Part shown: in pieces, positions 17,645-26,847 of the stretch
Layout: each line of letters begins with the position of its first letter
How positions within the stretch are numbered: position 1 is the first letter of the stretch
Source: Candidatus Subterrananammoxibius californiae
Lineage (GTDB): Bacteria; Planctomycetota; Brocadiia; Brocadiales; Subterrananammoxibiaceae
Length of the DNA stretch: 46,270 nt
NCBI GenBank assembly: GCA_030586555.1
Contig: JAURAC010000012.1
Location: forward strand, 32,428-78,697
Direction of reading: 5' to 3'
Position numbers and translations under genes: made by a program
Notes under the pieces: generated by a model
The model's input: only the letters and a program-made list of their open reading frames with translations
Databases searched by the model: none
What the model was told of the DNA's origin: nothing

Positions 17645-18847
17645 TCAGAATGAAACTTCATTTATACTGAAGATTGCCGTAAGCATAGAGATGATTATGC
17701 TGCCAATGACACCACCCATGAAAAGTATTAATACTGGCTCTACTAATGTAACGAGTCTTTTAATCTTTTGTTCTGTATCTGCATCAAAACTGTCTGCTAC
17801 CTTTATTAACATCTTATCGAGGTTGCCGGTTTCTTCACCTACAGATAGAAGATGGACTGCTATTTCAGGAAGGAATCCCCTCCTTGCAAGGGACCTGGTT
17901 AGTCCCTCTCCCTCTTTAACGTTTGCTTTTGCCTTTTCAAGTATATCAACCAGATGAGCATTTGAAAGAACATCTTTAACGATGTCTATTGATTTCAGTA
18001 GAGGTACGCCGTTCTCCAGTAACGTTCCCAGCGTCCTTGCGAACCGAGACACCTGTATCTTCCATAAAATGTTTCCTAAGATTGGCAAGCTTAATTTCTT
18101 CCTGTCAATCTTTAGATGTGTGCCTTCATTCCTCAAACTCCTGCGATAAAGAAAAAAAAGGACACCAAATATTATCAAGAAAATCCACCCATACATAACA
18201 ACGATATGATTTAGACGCATAAGTATAAGGGTAGAAAGGGGCATAGGTATTCCTATACCCTGGAATATCTGAGAAAACTTGGGAATCACATAAACAATTA
18301 AGGCGGCAATTGAAAGTATGCCGGTAAAGGTTAAAAGAAGGGGGTATATCATCGCAGATATTATTTCTCCCTTAACCTTTTGTATCCTTTCCTCAAAAGA
18401 ACCTAATCTTTTGAGTACTTGAGGCAAAACACCGCCCTCTTCACCAGCACGAACCATGTTTACATATACGTTGGAAAACAACTTTGGAAAACCGGAAAGT
18501 GCATTAGCCAGAGACTTTCCCCCCTTAATTCCACCCAATATATCTTCCAGAGCAGCTTTGAGTACGCCGTTTTCTTGCGCATCTACCATCATTGTGAGGC
18601 TTCTATCCATTGGTATGCCACTCTCAAGTAGGGTGGCGAGTTCTTGAGTGAAATGAAGAATCTCCCCTCTCTTTGCCCTGCCGAAGGGTAGCGAAATCCT
18701 GCGCTCTTCCCCTACCTTCTGGACCTTAAGAACCACATACCCCGACTTCCTTAAGTCACTAATTAAATCCATCTGAGTAAGGGCATCTTTCTTTCCTTCT
18801 ATGACGCTGCTTCCAGTGGTTAAGACACGGTATTTAAACAAACTCAT
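17645..18847 (-). CDS. gspF: Type II secretion inner-membrane platform protein F (GspF/PilC family)
   Basis: FTQELATLLESGIP, MVRAGEEGG, AMIYP, FARTLGTLLENGVP, VGEETG, LVEP. Confidence 0.9.
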   Translation of the reverse strand: MSLFKYRVLTTGSSVIEGKKDALTQMDLISDLRKSGYVVLKVQKVGEERRISLPFGRAKRGEILHFTQELATLLESGIPMDRSLTMMVDAQENGVLKAALEDILGGIKGGKSLANALSGFPKLFSNVYVNMVRAGEEGGVLPQVLKRLGSFEERIQKVKGEIISAMIYPLLLTFTGILSIAALIVYVIPKFSQIFQGIGIPMPLSTLILMRLNHIVVMYGWIFLIIFGVLFFLYRRSLRNEGTHLKIDRKKLSLPILGNILWKIQVSRFARTLGTLLENGVPLLKSIDIVKDVLSNAHLVDILEKAKANVKEGEGLTRSLARRGFLPEIAVHLLSVGEETGNLDKMLIKVADSFDADTEQKIKRLVTLVEPVLILFMGGVIGSIIISMLTAIFSINEVSF

Positions 18848-18861
18848 AAAAGACCTTTCTT

Positions 18862-18931
18862 GTAGGAGCAATCAGCCTAAGGCGGATGGTTTTGCCCATG
18901 TTAGAAGGGCAGGGACAATCCCTACCCTTAC
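18862..18931. repeat. GTAG REP with a nested GCC-N3-GGCGGA hairpin
   Basis: GTAGGAGCAATCAGCCTAAGGCGGATGGTTTTGCCC…GGGCAGGGACAATCCCTACCCTTAC. Confidence 0.75.
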
Positions 18932-18937
18932 GGGTGG

Positions 18938-19801
18938 TTAACGTGTTCGTGGTCTTCGAAAAGGTCTTTTAGGTTGATATGACCTCGACCTGTCATCCAT
19001 TTCCTCATAGGCTTCTTCCTCTTCCTCCAAGTATCCTTCTTCCTCATCCCAGTATTCTTCCTCATCTTCTTCGTCCCATTCTTCCTCTTCTTCAGTGATT
19101 TCAGGTGCCTGGGGTTGTCTTCTTGACGGCATTTCCATTTCATGTGGAGGGCGGCTACGGCCTTCTGGAGGTGGTGGCGGTGTATATGGCGCAGCGCCGG
19201 GCGAAGGCAACGTTTTAACATGCTCTTTGTCCGCAAAAATATTTACTACAGACTCTTGCCCTTCCCATACAAGTCTTATTTGATTGGGTTCTATGCTTTT
19301 GACCCTATAACCCCCGACATCGTTTCCTTCTTCTACGTAAAGGAAGGGTGCAACTCCTGGCTTTGGGTCAGGATTCTTAACCAATGCCTTTTTTAGGTTT
19401 TCAGCGATAACAATGCCGTGCAAGATTATCTTTTTGGGTGGCTCCTTAGGCGGTGTCTTGTTATCTTGCTTTTGTGCATCATATCCCGGCTTAAGTGAGG
19501 ATATTTCCCATTCCTTTCTGCCGGGTGCGAATGGATTTTCATTTGCGAGTAAATCATACTCTTCCTGAAGCGCAGTGTTAGTTTGAATCGCAGGTACAGA
19601 AACTTGTTGAATTGGGGTTTTTGTTTTAAGCCTTTCAAGTTCTGTAAGGGGTGATGGTACTGCACGAAATAGAACCGTCCCTATTACAACGAGTATAATC
19701 ACACCAACAAATAGGGTTATATTGATGAGCGGAAGATATTTCTTCCATCCTTTAAGACCGTCATTGATATATAGGCGAGAATCTTGTTTATCTGTAACCA
19801 T
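18938..19801 (-). CDS. GspC/GspN-like T2SS accessory protein with Pro-rich and acidic tail
   Basis: N-terminal TM, NPFAPGR, LHGIVIA..KKAL, VEEGNDVGGYRVKSIEP; cluster context. Confidence 0.6.
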   Translation of the reverse strand: MVTDKQDSRLYINDGLKGWKKYLPLINITLFVGVIILVVIGTVLFRAVPSPLTELERLKTKTPIQQVSVPAIQTNTALQEEYDLLANENPFAPGRKEWEISSLKPGYDAQKQDNKTPPKEPPKKIILHGIVIAENLKKALVKNPDPKPGVAPFLYVEEGNDVGGYRVKSIEPNQIRLVWEGQESVVNIFADKEHVKTLPSPGAAPYTPPPPPEGRSRPPHEMEMPSRRQPQAPEITEEEEEWDEEDEEEYWDEEEGYLEEEEEAYEEMDDRSRSYQPKRPFRRPRTR

Positions 19802-19829
19802 TTTTACCTCTTTTGAAAAAACAATAAAC

Positions 19830-19905
19830 AGAAATATCTAAACGAAAAATTTAAAATTAAAATAACCAGAATTTTACTTTTTAAATTTCTATTTTGGATA
19901 TTTCT
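19830..19905. repeat. AT-rich inverted repeat with 7-nt periodicity
   Basis: AGAAATATCTAAACGAAAAATTTAAAATTAAAAT … ATTTTACTTTTTAAATTTCTATTTTGGATATTTCT. Confidence 0.65.
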
Positions 19906-19911
19906 ATTGAA

Positions 19912-20511
19912 TTACCTCTTTTCGATTCTTGCTACTGCTGTTAAAGTTGCAGAAATTAACGTCCCTCTGCTTACATCAAAACCGGCACCTCTGATTTTAA
20001 GATCATCTACAAAGAAAATCGTTTCATTATTGTGCTCAATATCGTAAAGAAATGTCTGAATCTTTTTAACTCTATCAACATCTCCAAGCTCGAAATAGCC
20101 AGCAATAATGGTCAAGGGTGGATTTTCATTAAGCACTTCTCTTGCCATTGCATTACTTCTTGAAACTGTAAGCCCATTGCGAGTAGCAATATTCTTCACG
20201 GTTTTTTGTAATTCTGCGATAGCAAGTTCTTCTGTCTCGGCGTTTAAAAAGAATTTCTGCAACGATACGAAGGCATTATTATATGCCTCTAACTTGCTTC
20301 TATATACTTCCTCACTACCCAGATACCTATAATACTTTTTCAGAATTGCTTGTTTGTTTCTTAATTGTTCTTCTTTATCTTCGAGAGATGAGCTCAAAGG
20401 GCTGACTATGAGGCTGTAAATCCCGATAGAGCTAAGCGAGAAAAAAGCAATGAATATTAAAATCCGTTCCCTTTTCTTAAGTCTGGTAAAAAAATCTTTT
20501 ATTCTTTCCAT
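19912..20511 (-). CDS. GspM/PilO-like protein
   Basis: LKKRERIL followed by a TM and coiled coil, FLYDIE; cluster position. Confidence 0.75.
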   Translation of the reverse strand: MERIKDFFTRLKKRERILIFIAFFSLSSIGIYSLIVSPLSSSLEDKEEQLRNKQAILKKYYRYLGSEEVYRSKLEAYNNAFVSLQKFFLNAETEELAIAELQKTVKNIATRNGLTVSRSNAMAREVLNENPPLTIIAGYFELGDVDRVKKIQTFLYDIEHNNETIFFVDDLKIRGAGFDVSRGTLISATLTAVARIEKR

Positions 20512-20521
20512 ACTTTACCCT

Positions 20522-21799
20522 TTACTTGTGAATTTCTACGTTTCCCTTAATCCTGAACCGCTCTTTTCCATCAGGACCCTTTACGACAGGCGAAGCCAGT
20601 CCGACATTTTCAAAGCGAGAAGAATTCTCCAGGATAGGGATTAAATCCGATGCAGATACTGCAGTTCCCTCGATTTCAAAATCATTTCTGCTTATTGAGA
20701 GGTTTCTAATCCATGCATTCTTAGGCAAGACCTTTGTAAACTCCAGCAATATATCAAGTCTTGGGACGTATGCCTCTTTCATCATAGATATGTTATTGAT
20801 TGTTTTTTCAATTTTGTCACAACGTGCAATTAACTCTTCTACCCTTGAAACATCATCTTTTACATTGGCGATTCGTGTATTAAGCGCTTCGAGGTTCTCA
20901 TGTTTCTTGGTACTCAAAATATATGGAATAAACACGGCAGAAATAATTAACAAACCTGTCAGGAACCATAACAAGGTTGTTTGCGGGTCTGCTCTCCTTT
21001 TTTTTGCCTTTATCAGGCTAAAATCATAAGGAAGCGTAGATGTACAATATAGGGCAGCCCCTAAAGACTCGCGGGTTTCGTCAAGAAACGTTACCGCCAC
21101 GTTATCCTTTAGCCCGTCCGGGAGTTTAACTTCAGCTCTTGCGTTTTCCTCATGTCCGGGGATAATAATTTCATTTGGTGAGTCAAAGTTGATTCTGTTA
21201 AACAAGTCTTCCCTTGTCTTGAAAAGTGAGGTGGTTATGAGTCTGTTGTCGAGGAAAAGGTTATAACAATAGGCACCTGCTCCATTATAAATAAGAGCTA
21301 CCTTTCCTTCCTTGTTACTTACCAGAGGGATAAAAGCAAGGGGCGAAATAATCACCCTGGAAGGCATCATCTCGAGTGCGCTTAACCTTGAAAGGACATC
21401 ATCCAATTCTTCTTTCTTCACAGCAACTATGAATATCTTTTTCCCCTGTTCGGGGACGGTAATCGGATAGATATCAAAATATACTTCTTCATTGGTAAAG
21501 GGAAAGAAGCTATCGAGCTGATATCCGAGTGCATCTTTAAGTTCTTTTGTTCCGGTTGCAGGGGAATTAATCTCTCTGATTATGGTCTTCTCCCTTGGCC
21601 ATGACAGCACAATATCAACCAGGTAGTCCTTTTTAAAGCCGAAGGTTGGCTTTATTTGCTGCGGGTCTCTCAGGAGGAAATCCTTTACCTGCAGGGATTC
21701 GCAAGAAGCATTCAAAAATCTTCTGTGTACCCCTGTAACTACCAGGTCATTTCCTTTCAGTGATAGCCCCACTACTTTCGGAAAGAATATGTTAAGCAT
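20522..21799 (-). CDS. GspL/PilN-like protein
   Basis: Actin-like N-terminal part (YQLDSFFPF..EEVYFD), TM, PilN domain (LPKNAWI, IEGTA, LENSSRFENV). Confidence 0.78.
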   Translation of the reverse strand: MLNIFFPKVVGLSLKGNDLVVTGVHRRFLNASCESLQVKDFLLRDPQQIKPTFGFKKDYLVDIVLSWPREKTIIREINSPATGTKELKDALGYQLDSFFPFTNEEVYFDIYPITVPEQGKKIFIVAVKKEELDDVLSRLSALEMMPSRVIISPLAFIPLVSNKEGKVALIYNGAGAYCYNLFLDNRLITTSLFKTREDLFNRINFDSPNEIIIPGHEENARAEVKLPDGLKDNVAVTFLDETRESLGAALYCTSTLPYDFSLIKAKKRRADPQTTLLWFLTGLLIISAVFIPYILSTKKHENLEALNTRIANVKDDVSRVEELIARCDKIEKTINNISMMKEAYVPRLDILLEFTKVLPKNAWIRNLSISRNDFEIEGTAVSASDLIPILENSSRFENVGLASPVVKGPDGKERFRIKGNVEIHK

Positions 21800-21808
21800 A
21801 GTTATTTT

Positions 21809-21842
21809 GGGCAACCATTCGCCTAAGGCGGATTGCCCCTAC
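21809..21842. repeat. GTAG REP with nested hairpin (inverted relative of 18862)
   Basis: Reverse complement GTAGGGGCAATCCGCCTTAGGCGAATGGTTGCCC. Confidence 0.8.
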
Positions 21843-21843
21843 A

Positions 21844-23064
21844 TTAATAATCCGGGTAAACTGCAAGTACATTGATATTGTTATTTGCCTTGCTAATAAT
21901 TACCCTGTATGTGCTTGATACGCCATTTGCTTCACAGGAAGCACGTATGGTCATAGAGCCGGAATTATCAACTGTGATATAGGGTCTAACCTCTTCAAAG
22001 CTTGAACCTATAATTCCCAGATGCCAGAATGAATTTCTAACATCCTCCATACTTTTTAGTGGACCGTTCTGCGTCCTCTGGGCTATTATATAGTCCGCAC
22101 CTTCTGGTGTAATTCTCGGAATTGCCATAAGCACTTCTTTGGATGCGAAATTGATATTTATAGCCAAATTAGACCCATAAGTAGTAATATCCCTGCGAAT
22201 TATGTCGAACTTAGCAGGGGTCATTTCCTTTACAAGAGCAAGTTCCTCAATAGAGTCAAAGGGCGCATTTTTCGCCTCGTAAGGTTCTGGCAAGGATTCG
22301 TAGTAATCAGTCTCTGCTCCGTTTAAATGTTTCAGGTCGTCTTTATCCTTCCAGTCGAGAATAGAGTCGGTAATAGTGTCCGCTTCCACACGGTCAAACT
22401 TTTGCCACGTAAGATATTTAACCATAAGCTCCCTACTTTTGTCATCAATTGCGTTGATGTTTATTTTACCACTTTCGTCTTCGATGTAAACCTTGCACGC
22501 TCTATCGCCAACAAAAACAGAATAAGGCGTAAGGTTGGGTAGCCACGGCTGTTGCTCCTCCGCTTCTTTGGTGGAGGCGCCAGCCGTCCCTTTGTCTTTT
22601 TCTGTAGTCTTAGACGTTGTGCTACTCATCATGCCACCATTATTTTTCTGTAGCGTGCTTCTGGATTGAGATTGGGACATAGGCAATCCTTCAAGGTCTT
22701 CATCATCCTCGTCGGTTTCTTCTTCAAACTCATCTAATTCTTCATCTATATTTTCCTCTTCGTCTTCCTCCTCTTCCTCTTCCTCAACACTTACACCTGC
22801 TACTTTGTTCATTGCATAGATAGAAGCCCCTCTTGCTGCGAAGAGGTTTTGTGTCCTTCCTACAGATGCCTTTTCCAATTTAATGATGTTTCGGGTGCTT
22901 CCAGAGAAACTTGATGCTACAAAACCCAAGATAACTACCGCCCAGAGGACAAATATCAGGACGTAACCATTATCGGTGCAATTGTTTCCTGCGTTTCTCC
23001 ACGTTTTAATAGGGTAATTTTTATCGCCTTTGGCAATCCGCCGCTTAGCCACGATTCTTTCCAT
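21844..23064 (-). CDS. gspK: Minor pseudopilin GspK with a long acidic insertion (start uncertain)
   Basis: GYVLIFVLW, IEDESGKININ, DSILDWKDKDD, GAE..YY, ININFASKEVL. Confidence 0.85.
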   Translation of the reverse strand: MERIVAKRRIAKGDKNYPIKTWRNAGNNCTDNGYVLIFVLWAVVILGFVASSFSGSTRNIIKLEKASVGRTQNLFAARGASIYAMNKVAGVSVEEEEEEEDEEENIDEELDEFEEETDEDDEDLEGLPMSQSQSRSTLQKNNGGMMSSTTSKTTEKDKGTAGASTKEAEEQQPWLPNLTPYSVFVGDRACKVYIEDESGKININAIDDKSRELMVKYLTWQKFDRVEADTITDSILDWKDKDDLKHLNGAETDYYESLPEPYEAKNAPFDSIEELALVKEMTPAKFDIIRRDITTYGSNLAININFASKEVLMAIPRITPEGADYIIAQRTQNGPLKSMEDVRNSFWHLGIIGSSFEEVRPYITVDNSGSMTIRASCEANGVSSTYRVIISKANNNINVLAVYPDY

Positions 23065-23600
23065 GGGCTTTCTTCCTCTTCGTCAGAATTTGCTTCTCCA
23101 AGATACTCGATTGTAATCTTCTGGTATCCTTGAAAAAAAACAGTAGACTCTACGTCAAAAAATTTGCCCTTCTCCTCTTCTTTACTAAATTTATCTATAA
23201 GCTTGGTAAGATAGGCGTTACTTAACATCCTTTTCTCATTATAAACCAGGCTGTATGTATTATCTTCATCCTTTGTTATTGTATAAGCGCAAATCATCAG
23301 CCCATAGGTATAATATTTATTAAGAGACAGTGGTGAGATAAAGGACACCAAATCCTTATTGCCAATAAAGAATACGCCTTTACTTCCTCCAGTATAAGAA
23401 CGAATAGATGTTAATTGCTGTGTAAAAAAATTGAGCGCTACCTTTTCTCTTAAACCCCTGTCGAACCGTTCTTCCCCATTCTGCATGTAGGAAATGCCTG
23501 TCCTTATAGAGGCAGAACTTACAAGAATCAGGAGAGTACCAACACTAATAGCAATGATAATTTCAATGAGTGTAAAACCACGTTTTGTTGAATTGCACAT
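22956..23600 (-). CDS. Minor pseudopilin, GspJ-like
   Basis: Prepilin motif RG|FTLIEII; C-terminal W..SW..GGLPKAIKITL. Confidence 0.8.
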   Translation of the reverse strand: MCNSTKRGFTLIEIIIAISVGTLLILVSSASIRTGISYMQNGEERFDRGLREKVALNFFTQQLTSIRSYTGGSKGVFFIGNKDLVSFISPLSLNKYYTYGLMICAYTITKDEDNTYSLVYNEKRMLSNAYLTKLIDKFSKEEEKGKFFDVESTVFFQGYQKITIEYLGEANSDEEEESPWKESWLSGGLPKAIKITLLKRGETQETIAPIMVTS

Positions 23601-23612
23601 AAACAATAGAAC

Positions 23613-23670
23613 AGGCTGAAGGCTTAAGGCTGAAGGCGAAAGCCATTCTTCAGCCCTCAGCCTTCAGTCT
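23613..23670. repeat. Inverted heptamer array (AGGCTGA / TCAGCCT)
   Basis: AGGCTGA AGGCTTA AGGCTGA AGGCGAA … CTTCAGC CCTCAGC CTTCAGT. Confidence 0.88.
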
Positions 23671-23673
23671 GGC

Positions 23674-24231
23674 TTATTTTTTCTTGTTAAATGTCGGCTT
23701 CTGGATTGACGTAGGACTACCGGTTTTAGATTCGGTTTTTTTATCCCTGTTTTGTTGTCCTGACGTAGATTGTGAAAGTATATTTTCACTGCGAATGCTG
23801 CTGATATTCATCCCACCTGCAACAACATCATAAAAAGTAATCCCATCTACGGGTTTATTTTTCTCCGCTAAATCCCTTCCATCGCTTTCTAAAACCTTCC
23901 ACACAACACCGTCTTCTGTTACACCTTCCCAAACCCTTTTATTATCACCCGAAGCGTACTTATCGCCAAGCAATCCTAAATGCGCCTCTTCTGCCTTTTG
24001 TATTGCAAAAAGGACCTTTTTGGTATGGTCATCAACCTTCCCCTTTAATCTGAAGGAAGTCCCAATAAGGCTCATATAGACCCCTAACGATATGCCCACT
24101 ATGGCAAGGGCTACAATAACTTCTAATAGAGTAAAACCCAAATCTGTCGCTCGTGACTCGTGACCCGCGGCTCGAGCGACGAGCGACGAGCGACGAGCGA
24201 CATAATAGCTATCCTTTTTCATAATCCACAC
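23674..24231 (-). CDS. Minor pseudopilin, GspI-like
   Basis: LG|FTLLEVIVALAIVG prepilin motif. Confidence 0.8.
   Translation of the reverse strand: MWIMKKDSYYVARRSSLVARAAGHESRATDLGFTLLEVIVALAIVGISLGVYMSLIGTSFRLKGKVDDHTKKVLFAIQKAEEAHLGLLGDKYASGDNKRVWEGVTEDGVVWKVLESDGRDLAEKNKPVDGITFYDVVAGGMNISSIRSENILSQSTSGQQNRDKKTESKTGSPTSIQKPTFNKKK
24145..24202. repeat. Inverted heptamer array (GAGCGAC) in the prepilin leader
   Basis: TGTCGCTCGTGACTCGTGACCCG … (GAGCGAC)x4, read as VARRSSLVARAAGHESRAT. Confidence 0.88.
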
Positions 24232-26416
24232 GTTCTTCTTTTCCTATAGTTTCACCTATCAACCGCTGAAGAGATTTGACCTTTTCCTCAAACTCGTTTG
24301 TCAATATTTCTGCATCATCGACGGTATTAATAACATGCGGCGTAATCAGCACCAACAACTCTGTTTTTTCTTCTTCTTTGCGCGTTGATTTAAAAAGATG
24401 TCCGAGCCCCGGAATATCGCCTAATACTGGCACCTTCTGGATGGTATTTCTTTTCTCTTTTTGAATAATCCCCCCAATTAATACAGTATTGCCACCCTTA
24501 ATAACTAACGAGGTTTCGGCTTTTCTTGATGTAATTTTGGGGCTTTGTAAGGTAGGTGACTCTTCACTTCCAGCAAATACAACATTTTCACCAATCTCAC
24601 TTTGCTCTTGAATAATATCAAGGGTAACCATCCCATTTTCTGCAATGTGAGGAGTAACCGTAAGGATTATACCAGTAGAACGATATTGTATCTGCTGCAC
24701 AACTGCAGTGGTACTGATACCTGTAGCCTGTCCAGTGGATAGAGGTACATCCTCCCCTACCTGGATAGACGCCTTCTGGTCATCCCGCACAAGTAGATGG
24801 GGTGTTGAGAGGAAGTCGAGCGAAGTTTCCGAAGCGAGTATTTTAAAGAGAGTTTGGACGTCACCGAAAATTAAATCCACAGCAAGCGCCCCTGCGGTAA
24901 TAGGATTAGATATAGTGATTTCCTTTCCGCTTACCTTTTTTACAGTGCTATCAGAAGTTTCGGTCTTGACCTGGTTCTTTAAAAACAGCTCAACACCTAT
25001 TTCCAATTTTCCGGTAAGTTGTACCTCTGCAATTACAACCTCAATGAGCACCTGTTGCGGCGAGGCATCGAGGGCGTCAATAATACTTCTTATCTCCTGA
25101 TAATCGGCTGGCAAGGCTTTTATGATAAGGGAATTGGTACTTTCATCAGCAATAATCCTCATTGGTTGTTCTTTGATTATTGCACCTGCTTCAGTCTTTT
25201 CAATTCGTTCTCCAGGTCTTCTTTCCTCGGTAGGTGGCTTAGGGGCTCCAGGTTTTGTTGGGGCTGCCTGACCGGATATTTTCTCGCTGTAAAGCTGCGT
25301 CAAAACAGGCTGTATATCCTTTGCCTTTTGGTGTTGCAATTTGTAAATGTATAGTTTTGTAACCCTCTCCTCACTTTGTACATCAATATTTTGTATCCAG
25401 ATGTCTAAGCTTGAAAGCAGTTCTGTACCGCTTGTTGCAACCAGGAGTTTATTTGACTCAGTAAAAGGCGTGAAGGATATTTCAGCCCTTGCACCTTTTG
25501 TCACCGCGCCTAAGGATTGTGCTAACCCTTCGAGTTCTTTTGCGAGGCTCTTAACATCCACATATTTTATGTTGTAAAACTTTAGTGCCTTACCCGCAAA
25601 AACGGGGACGTCAAACATTTTAACGATGGAGAGCACCCTTTCCATATTTGAGGCTTGTTCCGATATTACAAGGGCGTGGGCATCATTCGGTGCAACAACA
25701 AAGCCTGCCTGTGTCATAAATCCCCTCAAGGTAGGAATTATTCCCTGAGGGACAATGTACTCAAGTTGGACTATTTGCGTAATAATGTCCTCACCCCGTG
25801 CCTGGATGTCGTCCCCTATGTATACATTCGGCGACCTCTGACGAGCTTCCTGGATAGTAGTAACTTCAACAACCTCCTCCTTTACAATCATTGCAAGTCC
25901 ATTAACATTAAGCATTAACTGGACGATGTCCATCAACTCTTCTTTATAGAACTTGCCTACAGCATGGAGTGTTACAGCGCCTGCCACCTTTCGGTCTATT
26001 ACATAGTTGAGCTTCAGGAAGTCTCCAAGAATTACGTGAATCACTTCCCGAATATCAGCAGACTGAAAATTGAATGTAATATCAATCTTTTCGCCTTCGG
26101 GTAATGAGGGCGGAGGTATGGTAGGTTTTTCAATTTTTTTGGGAAAGACAAATTCTTTAGGAATCTCCTTTGCCGCTTCCTCGCCGGGTTTCTTTGCTTC
26201 TTCCTCCGGTGTTATCTGCCACTCCCACTTTCTTTGTGCCATTCCGGGTGGAGTGGGAACTTTAGCGGTAGGTTCAATTTCATATACCATCTCAGTTGGG
26301 ATTGGCGCTGAGGTGATTTTAGGGGCGGCTCCACCTTCGTATCCCATTTTTGGTGGTCCGTGACAACTACTAAGGATAATCACGGTGAGAATAAAAAAAG
26401 GTAATAATTTTTTCAT
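24209..26416 (-). CDS. gspD: Type II secretion secretin GspD, lipoprotein
   Basis: Lipobox LSS|C, N0-N3 domains, QVLIEVVIAEV, GIILTVTPHI, VPVLGDIPGLGHLF, TELLVLITP. Confidence 0.93.
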   Translation of the reverse strand: MKKLLPFFILTVIILSSCHGPPKMGYEGGAAPKITSAPIPTEMVYEIEPTAKVPTPPGMAQRKWEWQITPEEEAKKPGEEAAKEIPKEFVFPKKIEKPTIPPPSLPEGEKIDITFNFQSADIREVIHVILGDFLKLNYVIDRKVAGAVTLHAVGKFYKEELMDIVQLMLNVNGLAMIVKEEVVEVTTIQEARQRSPNVYIGDDIQARGEDIITQIVQLEYIVPQGIIPTLRGFMTQAGFVVAPNDAHALVISEQASNMERVLSIVKMFDVPVFAGKALKFYNIKYVDVKSLAKELEGLAQSLGAVTKGARAEISFTPFTESNKLLVATSGTELLSSLDIWIQNIDVQSEERVTKLYIYKLQHQKAKDIQPVLTQLYSEKISGQAAPTKPGAPKPPTEERRPGERIEKTEAGAIIKEQPMRIIADESTNSLIIKALPADYQEIRSIIDALDASPQQVLIEVVIAEVQLTGKLEIGVELFLKNQVKTETSDSTVKKVSGKEITISNPITAGALAVDLIFGDVQTLFKILASETSLDFLSTPHLLVRDDQKASIQVGEDVPLSTGQATGISTTAVVQQIQYRSTGIILTVTPHIAENGMVTLDIIQEQSEIGENVVFAGSEESPTLQSPKITSRKAETSLVIKGGNTVLIGGIIQKEKRNTIQKVPVLGDIPGLGHLFKSTRKEEEKTELLVLITPHVINTVDDAEILTNEFEEKVKSLQRLIGETIGKEERVDYEKG

Positions 26417-26521
26417 ATTTATACGTGATGTTATTTTATGTAAGGCAATATATTAACGTTATTATAAATCATTTACTTACGATGTCAAATAATTTTTCAT
26501 AGAGGTTACCAATTTGACCAC

Positions 26522-26549
26522 TAAAGTGTTCCGTGAATTCATCCGATAC
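26522..26549 (+). promoter_or_regulatory. Possible sigma28 (FliA/SigD)-type promoter
   Basis: TAAA-N16-TCCGATAC compared with consensus TAAA-N15/16-GCCGATAA. Confidence 0.35.
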
Positions 26550-26735
26550 TATATAGTAAGGCAAAAACAAGTCCAGAGAACTTACTTTTTGCTTTAGGAA
26601 ATTTTTTCACAATACATGGAACAAAACGCACGTTCCTAAATTATTTTAAGATTAAAGGTTTAAATATAGAAACATAAGTCTTTATATGTAGAAAATATAC
26701 ATTTACAATGTTTGCACTATAAGCAAATTAACTCC

Positions 26736-26750
26736 TGGCACGAAATTTGT
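26736..26750 (+). promoter_or_regulatory. Possible sigma54 -24/-12 promoter
   Basis: TGGCAC-N5-TTGT (consensus TGGCAC-N5-TTGC; -12 C replaced by T). Confidence 0.45.
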
Positions 26751-26759
26751 TAGAACAAT

Positions 26760-26825
26760 GTAGACAACGAGGTTTTATCCGCCTGAGGCGGATTGATTTC
26801 AACGAACATAAAGTTCGTTGTCTTC
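26760..26825. repeat. Composite GTAG element with two nested hairpins
   Basis: GTAGACAACGA … TCGTTGTCTTC arms; contains ATCCGCCTGAGGCGGAT and CAACGAAC-ATAAA-GTTCGTTG; a half copy is at 33213-33240. Confidence 0.75.
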
Positions 26826-26847
26826 CATAAACAGGTTAGCCTTTACC

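Noticed and set aside
22956..23064. gspJ/gspK 109-nt overlap as a frameshift or fusion
   Set aside because: Both frames have their expected termini (GspJ-like C-terminal motif, GspK hydrophobic N-terminal helix); an uncertain start explains it
26803..26817. CGAAC-N5-GTTCG as a LexA (Cheo) box
   Set aside because: The spacer is 5 nt rather than 4, and the motif is part of a dispersed repeat also present at 33213-33240
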